From assembly GCF_006345805.1 (NCBI RefSeq), contig NC_043013.1:56606001-56670000 (forward strand): 64,000 nt of DNA, in the 5' to 3' direction. Position numbers and translations under genes: made by a program. Source of the DNA: Octopus sinensis (Eukaryota). The notes beneath the pieces were generated by a model. It saw only the letters and a program-made list of their open reading frames with translations. It had not been told where the DNA came from and searched no databases. Shown in pieces: positions 13,698-26,240 of this stretch; the first letter of the stretch is position 1, and each line of letters opens with the position of its first letter.

Positions 13698-15163
13698 TCT
13701 CTTATTATAAAAGGCAGATTTTATCTGCCTCCCTTTGTAACTTATAGAAATCTACAATATAGGATTTCTTCAATTACAATTTACCTAGCATTTTTAAGAG
13801 TAGAAAGCATCGGGTCATGCCAGGTCCGGTTTTTAAAATTTCAACCCCAATTAAGCAAAATTTAGAGAAAACTCACATTCTGGTGTATATGTCAAATGTT
13901 TTTCTTAATGTGGGATACACCACACGCAAACGCACACACACACAAAGGGAGCGACTGTTTCACTGACGCTATCACCCTTCTCCTCCTTTGTCTTTGCAAG
14001 TTTGCAGCTATTAAAGTGAAAACAGTGAATCCGACAGCGATTAAGAAAATGAATTGGTACCTGAATGGAGTGAAAATTTAAAAAATGTTTCTTTCGGTGA
14101 TTTTTCTGAAGAAACTGCTCCAAGCCACAGACTTTCCCAGAAGAGTATAAAGCCTTAAACTATTTCTTTTTACTTTTTCGAATGAGCCTATTTGAAATCA
14201 TTACGCTAAACGTAAACAAAGCGAAAGAAAGGATAGTTTGTTATTTCCCACAACCTTAAATTAAATTAAGGCCTATTTTGCCATAAATATTATTATGGGT
14301 ATCAGAAAGTTACCCAGAATAACAAATTCTATCGTAAAATTTTGTTGTATACCCAATTGAATATTAGCTAATAACCCATTTTCTATAGCAATGTTTGAAC
14401 AAAATTTTAATAATTTTATATATTGTTGAATTTACCTGTATCTACCTGCAATTAGAGTCACTTTGTGACAAAAATTATAGTGTAGAATTGGTTGAGAATA
14501 TTTCATTAAATTATCTTCCAAAAATCAGATTAATATATTGATAAATAAAAAAGTTATAGTTGTTTAATGAAACCAGACTAAATTTATGATTACGTTAGAA
14601 ATTAATTGAAACACATAAGGGGTGTAATTTGGTCAGAAATATAGTAACGAAAGGGTTAAGAAAAACCAAAAAATATTTTATTCTTTATAAATGTTGTATT
14701 CAAAGTAACATTTTCTTTTAAGAATGTGTATATAACAAAGTATGTGTATATAACTACGTGACTTATATCTTTATATATAAGAGTGAAGTTGTGTGTCTGT
14801 CTCCTACGATTTAGATTCCTAACTACTCCCACATTTTGCTGTGCAGTGTAACCAAAACCGGGTATCTTATAGTCGTGATTCATATCGAGCCCTTCTGGGT
14901 ATTAGCGCGCGTCTACGATGAGTCTACGATTTAAAAAAATTTACCATCATATTTTTCCATTTTAATGCATTTTTTTGCTATTATGTAAGGGAAGTAACTC
15001 TCTAAAAATATCTACGATGTGTCAACGATTTAAAAAGAAATTTACCTTAATTTTTTTTCCATTTTTAATGCATTTTTTTCCTATTTTTTGGCTATAACTC
15101 TCTAAAAATGCTTATATAGTTATTTCCCTTACAAACCCGAGCAACGCCGGGCGATACTGCTAG
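13698..15163 (+). mobile_element. Non-autonomous Helitron, composite with two 5' ends
   Basis: 3' end has a GC hairpin cccgagcaacgccggg (15136-15151) followed by CTAG|T at 15160-15164. TC-starting 5' termini after A at 13698 (tctcttattataaaag) and 14768 (tctttatatataagag). Confidence 0.75.
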
Positions 15164-15369
15164 TATATATATAAAAGATGGATGATGGTAATATATATAG
15201 ATGACACACACACATATATATATATAGAAGTTATACATATAGAAGAAGTTTGCTTGAAACATTAAAAACACACTTTCTTTCCTTGTCTGAGCATCTTTTA
15301 ATACTTTGCATGTACCACGTCCTTGCATTGTTGTGTTTTCTTGAGTTTTTCTTCATATCTTTTGGATTA

Positions 15370-15411
<42 letters not shown>

Positions 15412-15794
15412 ATACAGAGAGAGAGAGAGAGAGAGAGAAAGAGGGAGCTTGGTAGATAGATATGTATACATCTATACACACATATTGATTACTGGTGAAG
15501 GCTGGTTTATAGGGATACCCTGGGTTTCTCACCATAAAGGGTACATTTATGGTGTATCCTCAGATCCTAAGAGATCTTGACCTATGGCCTCTTTAAAATA
15601 TGGAGGGGGGTGAACGATAAAGATATAAAAAATGGTGATTATCACCCTTTGGTGTAGGTCATCAGCTTCAGGCAGTGTTGTCTTCTTTCAGCTATGCCAC
15701 CTGTTTGCTATGAGGTTAAAAGATAGGGGGTTATCTCCCATTCTCATCAGCAACAATTAATTTCCAGGTGTGGTGTAATTATTGCTAATACTGC

Positions 15795-15848
<54 letters not shown>

Positions 15849-15874
15849 CACATACATACATATACATGCATGAA

Positions 15875-16420
15875 GTGGTCCAACGAAAAGGTTAAAACAA
15901 TGTTACAGATGAGCTAGAGGGAGAAGCTGAAAAATCTACGACTTTATTCCCTGGAGTGAAAACATGAGAGATATGCAATAATCTACATATGGAAAACTGC
16001 AGAAGAGCTAGTACTAAATTGTGGTATTGAATGTTATACAAATGCCAGAACTAGACACCATCTGAATTCAAGACCAGATCCTGCAATAGCCTAGGGTTGA
16101 AAGGCCCACAGCTCTTCAATGCCTTTCCACAAAATTCAAGAAATCTACGTAAAGTGGAAGTAGATGTCTTCAAAAAGGAACTAGACATTCTCCTCTCCAC
16201 AATATTGGTTGAACCAACGGCCCAGCATGAGGTCCAGTTAAGGCCAGTGGAACCAAACTCCCTCATACACCAAATGGGAGAAAGGCACATATGGGAGGGT
16301 GATGTGAAACCACACCCAGCCTAAAGAAATCAGTGGAAGGATAATCATAAGTAACGATGCCAAAAACATGGTGGTGCTCCAGCATGACCTGTAGCTGCTT
16401 GCCTGGAATAAATAAAAGAA
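15875..16420 (+). mobile_element. CR1/L2-group LINE 3' fragment, degenerate
   Basis: Remnant LRLYSLE..ERYAIIYIWK, then CNSLGLKGPQLFNAFPQNSRNLRKVEVDVFKKELD, typical of the ORF2 C-terminus of this group. Confidence 0.7.
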
Positions 16421-16568
16421 TAAAAGCATACATATATGTATGTATGTATATATATATTTATTTATATATATATATATATACATATATATACACACACACA
16501 TACATATTTATACATATGTATGTACACACACGCACACACACACACGTGTGTGTGTGTATATGTACATA

Positions 16569-16840
16569 ATTCTTAAACAAGAACATTATTGAGTGTGACT
16601 TCAAAGTTTGAGCCAGTTAAGCCTCTGTTTCCCAGCTAATGTTACGAAAGCACTCTCATCGGAACAGAACCATTATGTTTATGTTTGTTTTCATGTTCAG
16701 TTATAATAAAAATAATTTTACATTAATCTGATGGGTTACTCTATACTTCAGTTGAGTACAAACTTTGAAGTCACTATCAATAATATTCTTGTCGAAGAAT
16801 AATAAATTTGTAATCTATAGAAGTAAAGTATAGTCACCCA
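16569..16840 (+). mobile_element. Short foldback element with degenerate hammerhead motif (Penelope-type pLTR remnant)
   Basis: Inverted arms 16569-16610 and 16759-16800; motif ctgatgg-gttactc..gagtac-aaac-tt(tg)aa-gtc at 16728-16772. Confidence 0.5.
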
Positions 16841-17774
16841 TCAGATTAATGTGTGTGTGTGTATATATATACACACACACACATAGATACATGCATACAT
16901 ACATTCATACACAAATACATAAACACACACACACACACACATATATATCAATCTATGAATGTGTGTGTGTGTATCTATATAGCTATATGTACATACACAC
17001 ATCCATCCACACACACATCCATCCACACACACATCCATCCACACACACATCCATCCACACACACATATATATGGTTACATTTCTAGATACTATTTTATTC
17101 TGTTAATGTAAATTGGTGAAAGCAGAACTCATTCTAATATATCATGTCATTCTTTCAGTAATGCCAGCCATTACTCCCTCTCCCCTGAGTTACTTCCTTT
17201 TCAAATCCATTCTTCTCCCTTTCCATTATCTTCAACTAATATTTACCATTCATGACACCCACCCCTCATTCACCATTCAATACATTTATTGCAATATATT
17301 TCTAATGACCTCCACCTCTGTTTCTTTCCCACAGAAATCCTTGCAACCTTTCTCATCCCTTCCTTATGGTTTTGTCTCTGTGCTTTCTTCTGTATTCGCT
17401 TCTTGGGCATGGTTTTTTGAGGGTTCGCTCTGGCACCTCATAACCCCCACAGTCAACCATCCCAAACAACCATACAACATGCAGGTTTGTCCTGAATCTT
17501 CTCCACACCAATAAACCAGTTCCTGTTTTTCCTCTCATAATTTAATCTCCTCAGCATCTAATCTAAAGCCACATCCCTCTCTTTGGTTCTCATTCTCAAT
17601 CAAAGGGGTCTCTTTAGTGTCATAGGTTACAAGACAAATCTCCCTAAGATTTAGTCGGATAAAGAATGCACACAGTAGTCTCTGTAAGGTGACAGGCATT
17701 GGGAAGGGCCCACAGTCACAGAAGGCCATTCTAAAACTGGGTCATTGGAGCAAGAGATGGAAAGCAAACAGGAA

Positions 17775-17950
17775 ATGATGACGGTGATGATGATAATGAT
17801 GATAATGATGATGACGACAACGATGATGATGATTACAATGATTATGGTGATGATGATGATGATAACGACGACAACGATGATTATGATGATGATGACGACT
17901 GCTGCTGCTGATGATGATGACAACGACGACGATGGTAATGATGATGATGA
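17775..17950. repeat. (GAT)n degenerate trinucleotide microsatellite
   Basis: Seen directly. Confidence 0.95.
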
Positions 17951-18262
17951 CACTACAACAGTACATATTTCTATGTCCAAGAGACAACCTGGATGAGAAC
18001 AAGTGAAATAAAATTTAATATGGTTGGCATCGATTTTATTCTTCACCTTTTCAGGTTCAACGAATAAAGCTTTAGACTGATGCCAGAGCAGAGTCATCCC
18101 TCTTTAGTCAAACAAATCGATCTTAGGATTTATTTTCTAAGCCTGGTACTTTATCAATCTCCTTTTGCTGAGCTGCTAGGTTACAGGCATGTAAACAAAC
18201 CAACACAGGTTGTCAAGAAGTGGAAGAGGACTCAAACACAAAGGCAGTCCATATATATATAT

Positions 18263-18316
<54 letters not shown>

Positions 18317-18322
18317 TTATAT

Positions 18323-19835
18323 ATCATCATCATCATCATCATCATTTAACGTCCGTTCTCCATGCTAGTATGGGTTGGACAATTCGGCCAGGATCTGAGA
18401 AGCCAGAAGGCTGCACCAGGCTCCAGCCTGATCTGGCAATGTCTCTACAGCTGGATGTCCTTCCTAACGCCAACCACTCCGTGAGTGTAGTGAGTGCTTT
18501 TTACGTGCCACTGGCACGGAAGCCAGTCAAGGCGGCGCTGGCATCGGCCACGTTCGGATGGTGCTTTTTTATGTGCCACCGGCATGGAAGCCAGTTGAGG
18601 AAGCACTGACATTGGCCATGTTCAGATGGTGCTTTTTACGTGCCACCGGCACAGGGATCACAGCTACAATTTCCATTGATTTTTGATGTTGGTGTACTTG
18701 ACTCAATAGGTCTCCTGAAGCACAGGGTCGAAACGGTGTTTCTTTACTTGCCACCTGCACAGGAGTCAGTCCAGCAGTCCTGGCAACTGCCAGGTGCCAG
18801 TCATAGGATTGGTTCAATTTCGATTCCAATTTCACTTGCCCCAACAGGTCTTCACAAGCAGAGTTTAGTGTCCAATGAAGGGAGGTTGGCATGGGTGCCA
18901 GTCGTCGGATGAGGTTCGATTTCACTTGCCCCAACAGGTCTTCACAAGCAGAGTTTAGTGTCCAATGAAGGGAGGTTGGCATGGGTGCCAGTCGTCGGAT
19001 GAGGTTCGATTTCGCTTGCCTCAACAGGTCTTCACATGTCCAAGGAAGAAAAGGCATGCATATGTGGGCTGGCTACATCCCTGGCAAGGGACACGGGATG
19101 GAGTCACTTGTCCTGCTGGGTCTTCTCATGCACAGCATATTTCCAAAGGTCCTGGTCACTAGTCATTGCCTTGGTGAGGCCTAATGTTCGAAGGTCATGC
19201 TTCACCACTTCATCCCAGGTCTTCCTGGGTCTACCTCTTCCACAGGGTGTGACACTTTTTCACACAGCTGTCCTCATCCATTCTCGCCACTTGACCACAG
19301 CTGATGCTTCTTAGGTCCAACTTTTCTCTCAAGGTACTTACACTCTGTCAAGTATGCACACTGACATTACACATCCATCGGAGCATACTGGCTTCATTCC
19401 TCGTGAGCTTACGCATGTCCTCAGCAGTCACGGCCCATGTTTCACTGCCATGTAGCATGGCTGTTCGTACACATGCGTCATACAGTCTGCCTTTTACTCT
19501 GAGCAAGAGGCCTTTTGTCACCAGCAGAGGTAAGAGCTCCCTGAAATTTGCACAGGCTATTCTTACTCTAGCAGTTACACTTTCAGCACACCCACCCCCA
19601 CTACTGACTTGGTCACCTAGGTAATGGAAGCTATCAACTACTTCTAGTTTTTCCCCCTGGAAAGTGACAGAAGTTTTTTCTGCAGATTTTCAGTGTTTAT
19701 TGCTCCTGAGCATCTGCCACATACAAAAACTATCATCCCAGTTAGCCTTCCTTTGATATTACTGCACATCTTATGTGTCCATAGCTTACACTGGGTACAT
19801 CTTATAGAGTTTCTACCTATGCCTTTACTACGGAT
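18323..19835 (-). mobile_element. RTE-clade LINE, 5'-truncated 3' portion with (GAT)n tail
   Basis: Homologous to 31202-33525 (GEKLEVVDSFHYLGDQVS, WANFRELLPLL, RKTWDEVVKHDL regions); same 3' UTR ending ggacgttaaa(tga)n. Confidence 0.9.
18829..19036. repeat. 90-bp tandem repeat (about 2.3 copies) inside the RTE 3' UTR
   Basis: ccaacaggtcttcac recurs at 18841 and 18931, with a variant at 19021. Confidence 0.92.
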
Positions 19836-19844
19836 CTATATATA

Positions 19845-20430
19845 TATATTGTTATATTTCAGAATGGTCATTTTGCCAGTTTAGCCAATAAAATCACATG
19901 CACTATATATATTTGGTGTTACTTTGCTTCAGTGTTATTTATTATTATCATATGTAATGATAATAATGGGTGAATGTAAACACATGAACAAAATTAGAAC
20001 AAAAGCAACAACAACAAAAAAAAATACAAATTACATGAATGTATATAAACAGAAGATACAAATATTACAGGCATCCCCCCCACACACACTAAATAAACAT
20101 AGATGCACATAGAGATATAAGCATGTGCAAATGAAGACATACAATAGAAATACAAAATGGCTGACGGTTAGTAAGGAGAGACACAAATAAGTGAGAAGAA
20201 AACAAAGGACCACTGATGCAGTCACAGGAGTGTGACGAAAGAACTCTGGCCGAAATAAGATTAAGATTAATGTAAAAAATAAATAACACTGAAGCAAAGT
20301 AACACCAAATATACAGTGCGTGTGATTTTATTGGCTAAACTGGCAAAATGACCATTCCGAAATATAACAATATCTGTTTCAACACGCGACTTCACATAAA
20401 AAATCTTGCACAACAAATATATAAACTTAT
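19845..20430 (+). mobile_element. Solo Penelope-like pseudo-LTR with inverted ~100-bp arm (same family as 52597-54993)
   Basis: 19945-20373 is near-identical to 54560-54993; 19845-19943 is the reverse complement of about 20277-20373; inserted in (TA)n. Confidence 0.88.
20208..20251 (+). ncRNA. Minimal type-I hammerhead ribozyme-like motif
   Basis: gacca CTGATGCA gtcac-aggagt-gtgac GAAA gaac TC tggcc: perfect 5-bp stem II, stem I cca/tgg, very short stem III. Identical at 54826-54869. Confidence 0.65.
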
Positions 20431-20460
20431 ATATATATATAGATGTATATATATATATAT

Positions 20461-20850
20461 ATAATTTACAAGATAAGGGCAGAAGAAAAATTCTAATGCC
20501 AAATATGCCAAAACAAAAAATTGTTGATAACCATGAGTAAGTATTTCATTTATATCTTGCATATTTGCCACTGAAGAGGGGAAAATTTCTTATGAATTAA
20601 TCCCGAAATTGGACCAATGCGGTAATAACGAATTTTTTTTAGAGATTTCTATCGGTTTGTTTCGAGACACATAAATTTAATGGTTATCGACAATTTTTTG
20701 TTGCGGCATATTTGGCATTAGAATTTTTCTTCTGCCCTTATCTTGTAAATTATGTATAAATTTTACCTTTAAAGGCATTTTTTGATATGCTGGCCATTGA
20801 TAAAATTTTTTTCCCGAAAAAAATTTTATCCTATATTAATTATATATATA
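20461..20850 (+). mobile_element. Second foldback element with hammerhead-like core, different family
   Basis: 74-bp inverted arms 20461-20534 and 20680-20753; ttgcca CTGAAGA gggg...ccc GAAA ttgg-a-ccaat at 20565-20625. Confidence 0.65.
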
Positions 20851-21133
20851 TACACATAGATATATATATGTATGTGTATATATATATGTATGTGTGTGTA
20901 TATATATATTATACATGCACATATATTGGGCTTCTATCAAGTCTACTCATAATTCTTTTCTTCTGTTGTAGAAGACAATCCTCCCCACACAAACTACACA
21001 CACACACACACCCACACATCCTCCCACACACAACATCTCCCACACACTCAAGGTGTCATAGAGTAGAATTGAACCCAGAACCCTGTAACTATGAGGTTAA
21101 ATAGCAAATCTCTAACCAAACATCCATCCTACA

Positions 21134-21171
<38 letters not shown>

Positions 21172-22351
21172 CGTGTGCATTTATGTAAAGTCCAGTGTAT
21201 TCAGGTCTGCGAAGTCCAGTCGCTGTGGAGAAAATTCTCTTCCAAGAAAAGGGTCAGAACACATTTGGGGCTGTAAAAGGATCTCCCTGGATTGTAGCAG
21301 ACATGTGTTTTTATGTTCTTTTGCTTTATCAACTACAAACACCTAATCTGTTGTTCACAACCCAATGAAAATGAAATTATTTTTATTCAAATTACATCTG
21401 TTATGTTTGCAGATGCATATACAACTTATTAAATGCTACAACTCCAATGGTAGCCTAATTAAGCCACAAATAAAGAATCTTCATTCACCAATGTGGTGTT
21501 GAGCTCTCATTCTCAGTTACATATTAGCATACACACACACACATACATGGTATCTGAACATGTTTATGATATCAGATGCTCACACTACACAGACACACAC
21601 TTGAGAGAGAGAGAAAATTTAAAAAACCAGAATAAAGGAAGAAGAGAGAGAGAGAGAGAGAGAGAGAAGGAAAGAGGTCTTTTGAGAAGAGCTTGTATGT
21701 TTGTTTAATATTCTTTTCTGCTGTTTATCCATTATTTTCCTCTTCTACACGTGTCTATCAAACACTTTATTCCATTCACACCTTTGTACAGTGTTTTAGT
21801 GTAAATTCTCAACAAAGATCATCTACCCTTTAAATGCTCTGCAGTCTGCAGGCCATTATCACGCTGCTTAAAAGCAGTTTGATGCTAAGAAGGTTTTTAA
21901 CCTTACAAGAAGCATAAAGAAGAAAATAAATGCAAAGTTAGAGTATGTAGTATCAATATAACAAGTGGTTCATATTAAAGAGTGTTGCAAAGGTGGATTT
22001 TATAAAAAAAAAAAAAACGACAAGAGAAAACAGAAACCAAACTGCAGAAAAACTTCAACGTAAACTAGAAAGCTTCTTGCATTGTGTTTGTGTTGTGTTT
22101 GTGTTGCAAGCTTTTGAAAGACAGTTCTTGGAATCATTCTCATCTTTGTGACAACATCTAAATTACTGTTAACTAGCCTTGATGTTTTGTTATATACATC
22201 CGATACACAGGCAAGTATCTATGGTAACCATGGCTTTTAATGGGGGAAAAAAAAATAATGGACATACAGACATATATGCATACACGTCCACAAACAACAT
22301 ATTTCTATGCACAGAAACACACACACACGCTCAAATATATATAGGTATATA

Positions 22352-22394
<43 letters not shown>

Positions 22395-23021
22395 ATGAAT
22401 GTATGTATATCTTAGCTGTACTGAGAGGTAATGTCATATCTCATGTGATGAGTTCAAATCAGCATAAAATATATTGCTTCATTTAAAATATAATCACTGT
22501 CAGTAAATAACATTTCCCCACCTCAAACTCATTTTCTGATTCCTCGGGTAAAAGAATCAGGTTCTTTAGAAGTGAAAAATGCTTGGAGTACTGTTTCAAG
22601 GTTGCCATTCTTTGTGAATGTTATTTTTTTTCTGAGAAAGATGTTCAAGAAAGTTGAATAAGTGAAAATCTGATTGTGTTATGTCTGGTGATTAGGAAGG
22701 GTGAGGAAGGGATTGCCAGGCTAATGAATTTGTCTTTTCTTGGATTTGTTGAATGTGACCTATATTCTCTGGGGCAGCTCATGAGGTTGCCCTTTCCCGT
22801 CTTTATATTCTTCTCTGATCTGCTCAAGATGATGTTGCACAGTGGACCAAGGTTTATTAAGCCTCTGTGAAAAGTCCTCAATATTTTGGCACAGATCCAC
22901 TTCTAGTATGATGTCAGACAATTTCCCTGTAAATATGATATTACTTTATGATAGCCCTAATATATTTATATGTACACAAGCACGGACAAACTCACATATG
23001 TGTGTATATACACATATGTGA

Positions 23022-23067
<46 letters not shown>

Positions 23068-23149
23068 TAGCAACTGTGTGTATGCTCGTAATTATGAAGT
23101 TGTGGGTGCGTGTATCTGGGTATATATATAGACTATACAGAGATACTTG

Positions 23150-23435
23150 TATCATCATCATCATCGTTGTTTAATGTCCATTTTGCATGCTGGCATGGGT
23201 TGGACGGTTTGACAAGGGTCTGGGAAGCCAGGAGACTGCACCAGGCTTCAGTCTGATCTGGCAGTGTTTCTTCAGTCGGATGCCCTTCCTAACACCAACC
23301 ACTCCAAGAGTGTAGTAGGTACTTTCTACATACCCACCAGCACAGGGGCCAGAGGAGGGTGGCATCGACCATGATTGGATGGTGCTTTTTATGTGCCACC
23401 AGCATGGGAGTCAGTCAAGGCGGCACTGGCATTGG
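23150..23435 (-). mobile_element. RTE-type 3' end (short LINE fragment or RTE-tailed SINE)
   Basis: Same terminal ~280 bp as 18323 and 31202, with (GAT)n tail. Related copies at 23720-23910, 25030-25195, 27170-27503, 37560-37805, 42540-42800, 48560-48830, 55400-55570 and 63880-64000. Confidence 0.8.
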
Positions 23436-23909
23436 TATGTAAATATATGTATATGTATGGCAGAAACGTTAGAGCGCAGAGCGAAATGCTTAGTGATATT
23501 TCGTCTGTCTTTACGTTCTGAGTTCAAATTCTGCTGACATTGGCTTTGCTTTTCATCCTTTCAGGGTCGATAAATTAAGTACCAGTTGCATACCAGGGTC
23601 GATCTAATCGATTGGCCCCCTACCCCAAAATTTTGGGCCTTGTGCCTAGAGTAGAACAGAGTATTTCTATGTGTATATATACTGGGTATGTATGTACATA
23701 TATGTATTTATGTATTGTGTTGCAAGTTACTTGCTGACCTTGCTGATGCTGGTGCCATGTAAAAGCACTCTGTAAAATGGTCATCATTAGGAAGGGCTTC
23801 CAGCTGTAGAAACCTTGCCAAAGCAGACGATGGAACTTAATGTAGCTCTCTGGCTGGACATCTGTCAAACTGTACCACTCATGCCAGTATGGAAAATGGA
23901 TGTTAAATG

Positions 23910-24115
23910 GGGAGGAGGATGATGACGATGATGGTGATGACGATGATGGGGATGATGATGACGATGATGGTGATAATGATGGTGATGATAACGATGATGA
24001 CGATGATGACGATGATGACGTTGGTGGTGATGATAGTGATGACAAGATGTGATGATGATGATGACGATGATGATGATGATGATGATGACCATGACGACGA
24101 CGACGACGACGATGG

Positions 24116-24150
<35 letters not shown>

Positions 24151-24165
24151 TTGATGGTGATGATG
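23910..24165. repeat. (GAT)n/(GAC) array continuing an RTE-type tail
   Basis: Begins right after ...catgccagtatggaaaatggatgttaaatg. Confidence 0.93.
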
Positions 24166-24764
24166 ATACACATAGAAAGTAAAACTAAGTTTTTGTATAT
24201 TGTGGTTTCAAAACTCCTGATCCTCTGACAGAGCATCAAAATGGCAAAAGAAATCTGCTCCTAAAAACCTATGAGAAATATTCCACAATATAAAATTCCA
24301 CAATATTTTCCATGTCCGTTTCTGCGGTCCATCTTGTTGGAGTCCATCATTATTCAGAGAGGAGTATAAACTGTATAAACTGTACATGGGTGGATTCCTT
24401 GCTATCAAACAGAGAATATTGAATATACTCTAAAAGGAGGCAGAATATGTTGAAATGTTTCTGAAGTTCACTTCACAATCATCAAGGCTTGAGTTCAATC
24501 CCTATGCAGGGTATCCTGGTTAATTGACATTTTCTGTAGCCTCGAGTTGACTCCTGACTCATGACTTGAAACTGGAGACATGGAAACTGAAAAGAAAACT
24601 GCTGGATGGATTACAAGGTACAATCTTAATATTGTGGTATGACGATTCTGTTTGAAGATTCATAAGTAAATTCAGGAGCAGTTGATTCACTAGCTCAAAC
24701 AACTGAATCCTCTTAGTTCAAACAATGGAGATCATCCTCAACCCCTGCACATTAAAGTGATGCT

Positions 24765-24831
24765 TCTAATTTATTCTCTAATTTATTCTCTAATTTATTC
24801 TCTAATTTATTCTCTAATTTATTCTCTAATT
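24765..24831. repeat. 12-bp minisatellite (tctaatttattc) x about 5.5
   Basis: Seen directly. Confidence 0.93.
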
Positions 24832-25849
24832 GCTAATTGTCATATAAAGAATATATTTTATCGCTTCCAGATTTGGCTTTCCCTTGAATAAATAACATTA
24901 GATTCTTCTTCCTCCTTCTCTAACTTTTCTATTATCCTCATCTGCAGCAGAAAGAGGTGTTAGGACTGGATGAACTATTCACCCCTATTGATCATTAAAG
25001 CCCCCCCCTCTCCTACCCCGACGGGCTCCTTTGCTGGTAGCATGTAAAAACCACAATCTAAATTTGGCTGATGTCAGTGCCGCCTGACTGGCTTCCATGC
25101 CAGTGGCACATAAAATGCACCCACTACACTCCCGGAATGGTTGGCATTAGGAAGGGCATCCAGCTGTAGAAACTCTGCCAGATCAAGAATGGAGCCACAA
25201 CAACACTGTCCACCATCCTCTATTCCTAACACCCCATCATCTCAGTGTTTATTCAAATAATATTTAATCTCATTTAGGTTGTTTCGATGTACCTTCTGCA
25301 TCGTCCAGACTAAATATATTCTTGAAAAAACGATGTGTGTCCCTTTGGTACAACTTTTGTGTGATTGGTAACAGTTTAAACTCTGTGTTAGGACAATGAG
25401 TTCAATATTGTTTAGCCTTGATCACATGTCTCTGCTTTGATGCTTACCAAATTCTACAATCAATATTTCTACACACAATCTTTATATTGTTTTCAGTTGC
25501 CTTTTGTACTTTGATTGAACTCAACTTTGAAGAGATCTCCAACTGACATGTCCTACACAATTTGGTCTCCTTAGATAAGTCAACATAAATGAAGAACCTC
25601 ATTCAATAGAATCATAAAGTTGAAACGGGTGTAATGTGGGCTCTTGAATGAAATACAAGAAACGCCCGACATCCTTATTGTCTGGGAAATACTTCATTGT
25701 AAGAAATCAGTTTTACTCTGGTTAACAAAGAACAAACAAACAAGCCCCCCCCCACACACATATATATATATATCTATTCATCTCTGTCTATCTATCTAGG
25801 TATCACATACATATATGTATCTGTATATGTGTGTATGTATGTGTGTGCA

Positions 25850-25862
<13 letters not shown>

Positions 25863-25884
<22 letters not shown>

Positions 25885-26019
25885 CGTTATATTTCGGAAT
25901 GGTCATATTGCCAGTTTAGCCAATAAATCTTGCACAACAAATATTTAAACGTATATATATATTATCATTGTTGTTGTTTAATGTTTGCCTTCAATGCTGT
26001 ATATATATACATATATATA

Positions 26020-26056
<37 letters not shown>

Positions 26057-26142
26057 CGTTATATTTCGGAATGGTCATATTGCCAGTTTAGCCAATAAAT
26101 CTTGCACAACAAATATTTAAACGTATATATATATTATATATA

Positions 26143-26176
<34 letters not shown>

Positions 26177-26240
26177 CATTGTTGTTGTTTAATGTTTGCC
26201 TTCAATGCTGTATATATATACATATATATATCTGTGTGTG
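25863..26240. repeat. Tandem duplication of ~172 bp containing a collapsed Penelope pLTR fragment
   Basis: atatcgttatatttcggaatggtcatattgccagtttagccaataaatcttgcacaacaaatat at 25881 and 26053; breakpoints in (TA)n. Confidence 0.88.

Noticed and set aside
18829-19036. 90-bp repeats as a possible CRISPR-like array
   Set aside because: Head-to-tail identical units with no unique spacers, inside a LINE 3' UTR; eukaryotic context and no cas genes.
21180-21342. Minus-strand open frame VFVVDKAKEHKNTC...DFADLNTLDFT as a host exon
   Set aside because: Poor acceptor; the end resembles the SPDLNPLDF motif of Tc1-like transposases, so it is more likely a decayed remnant, and too weak to annotate.
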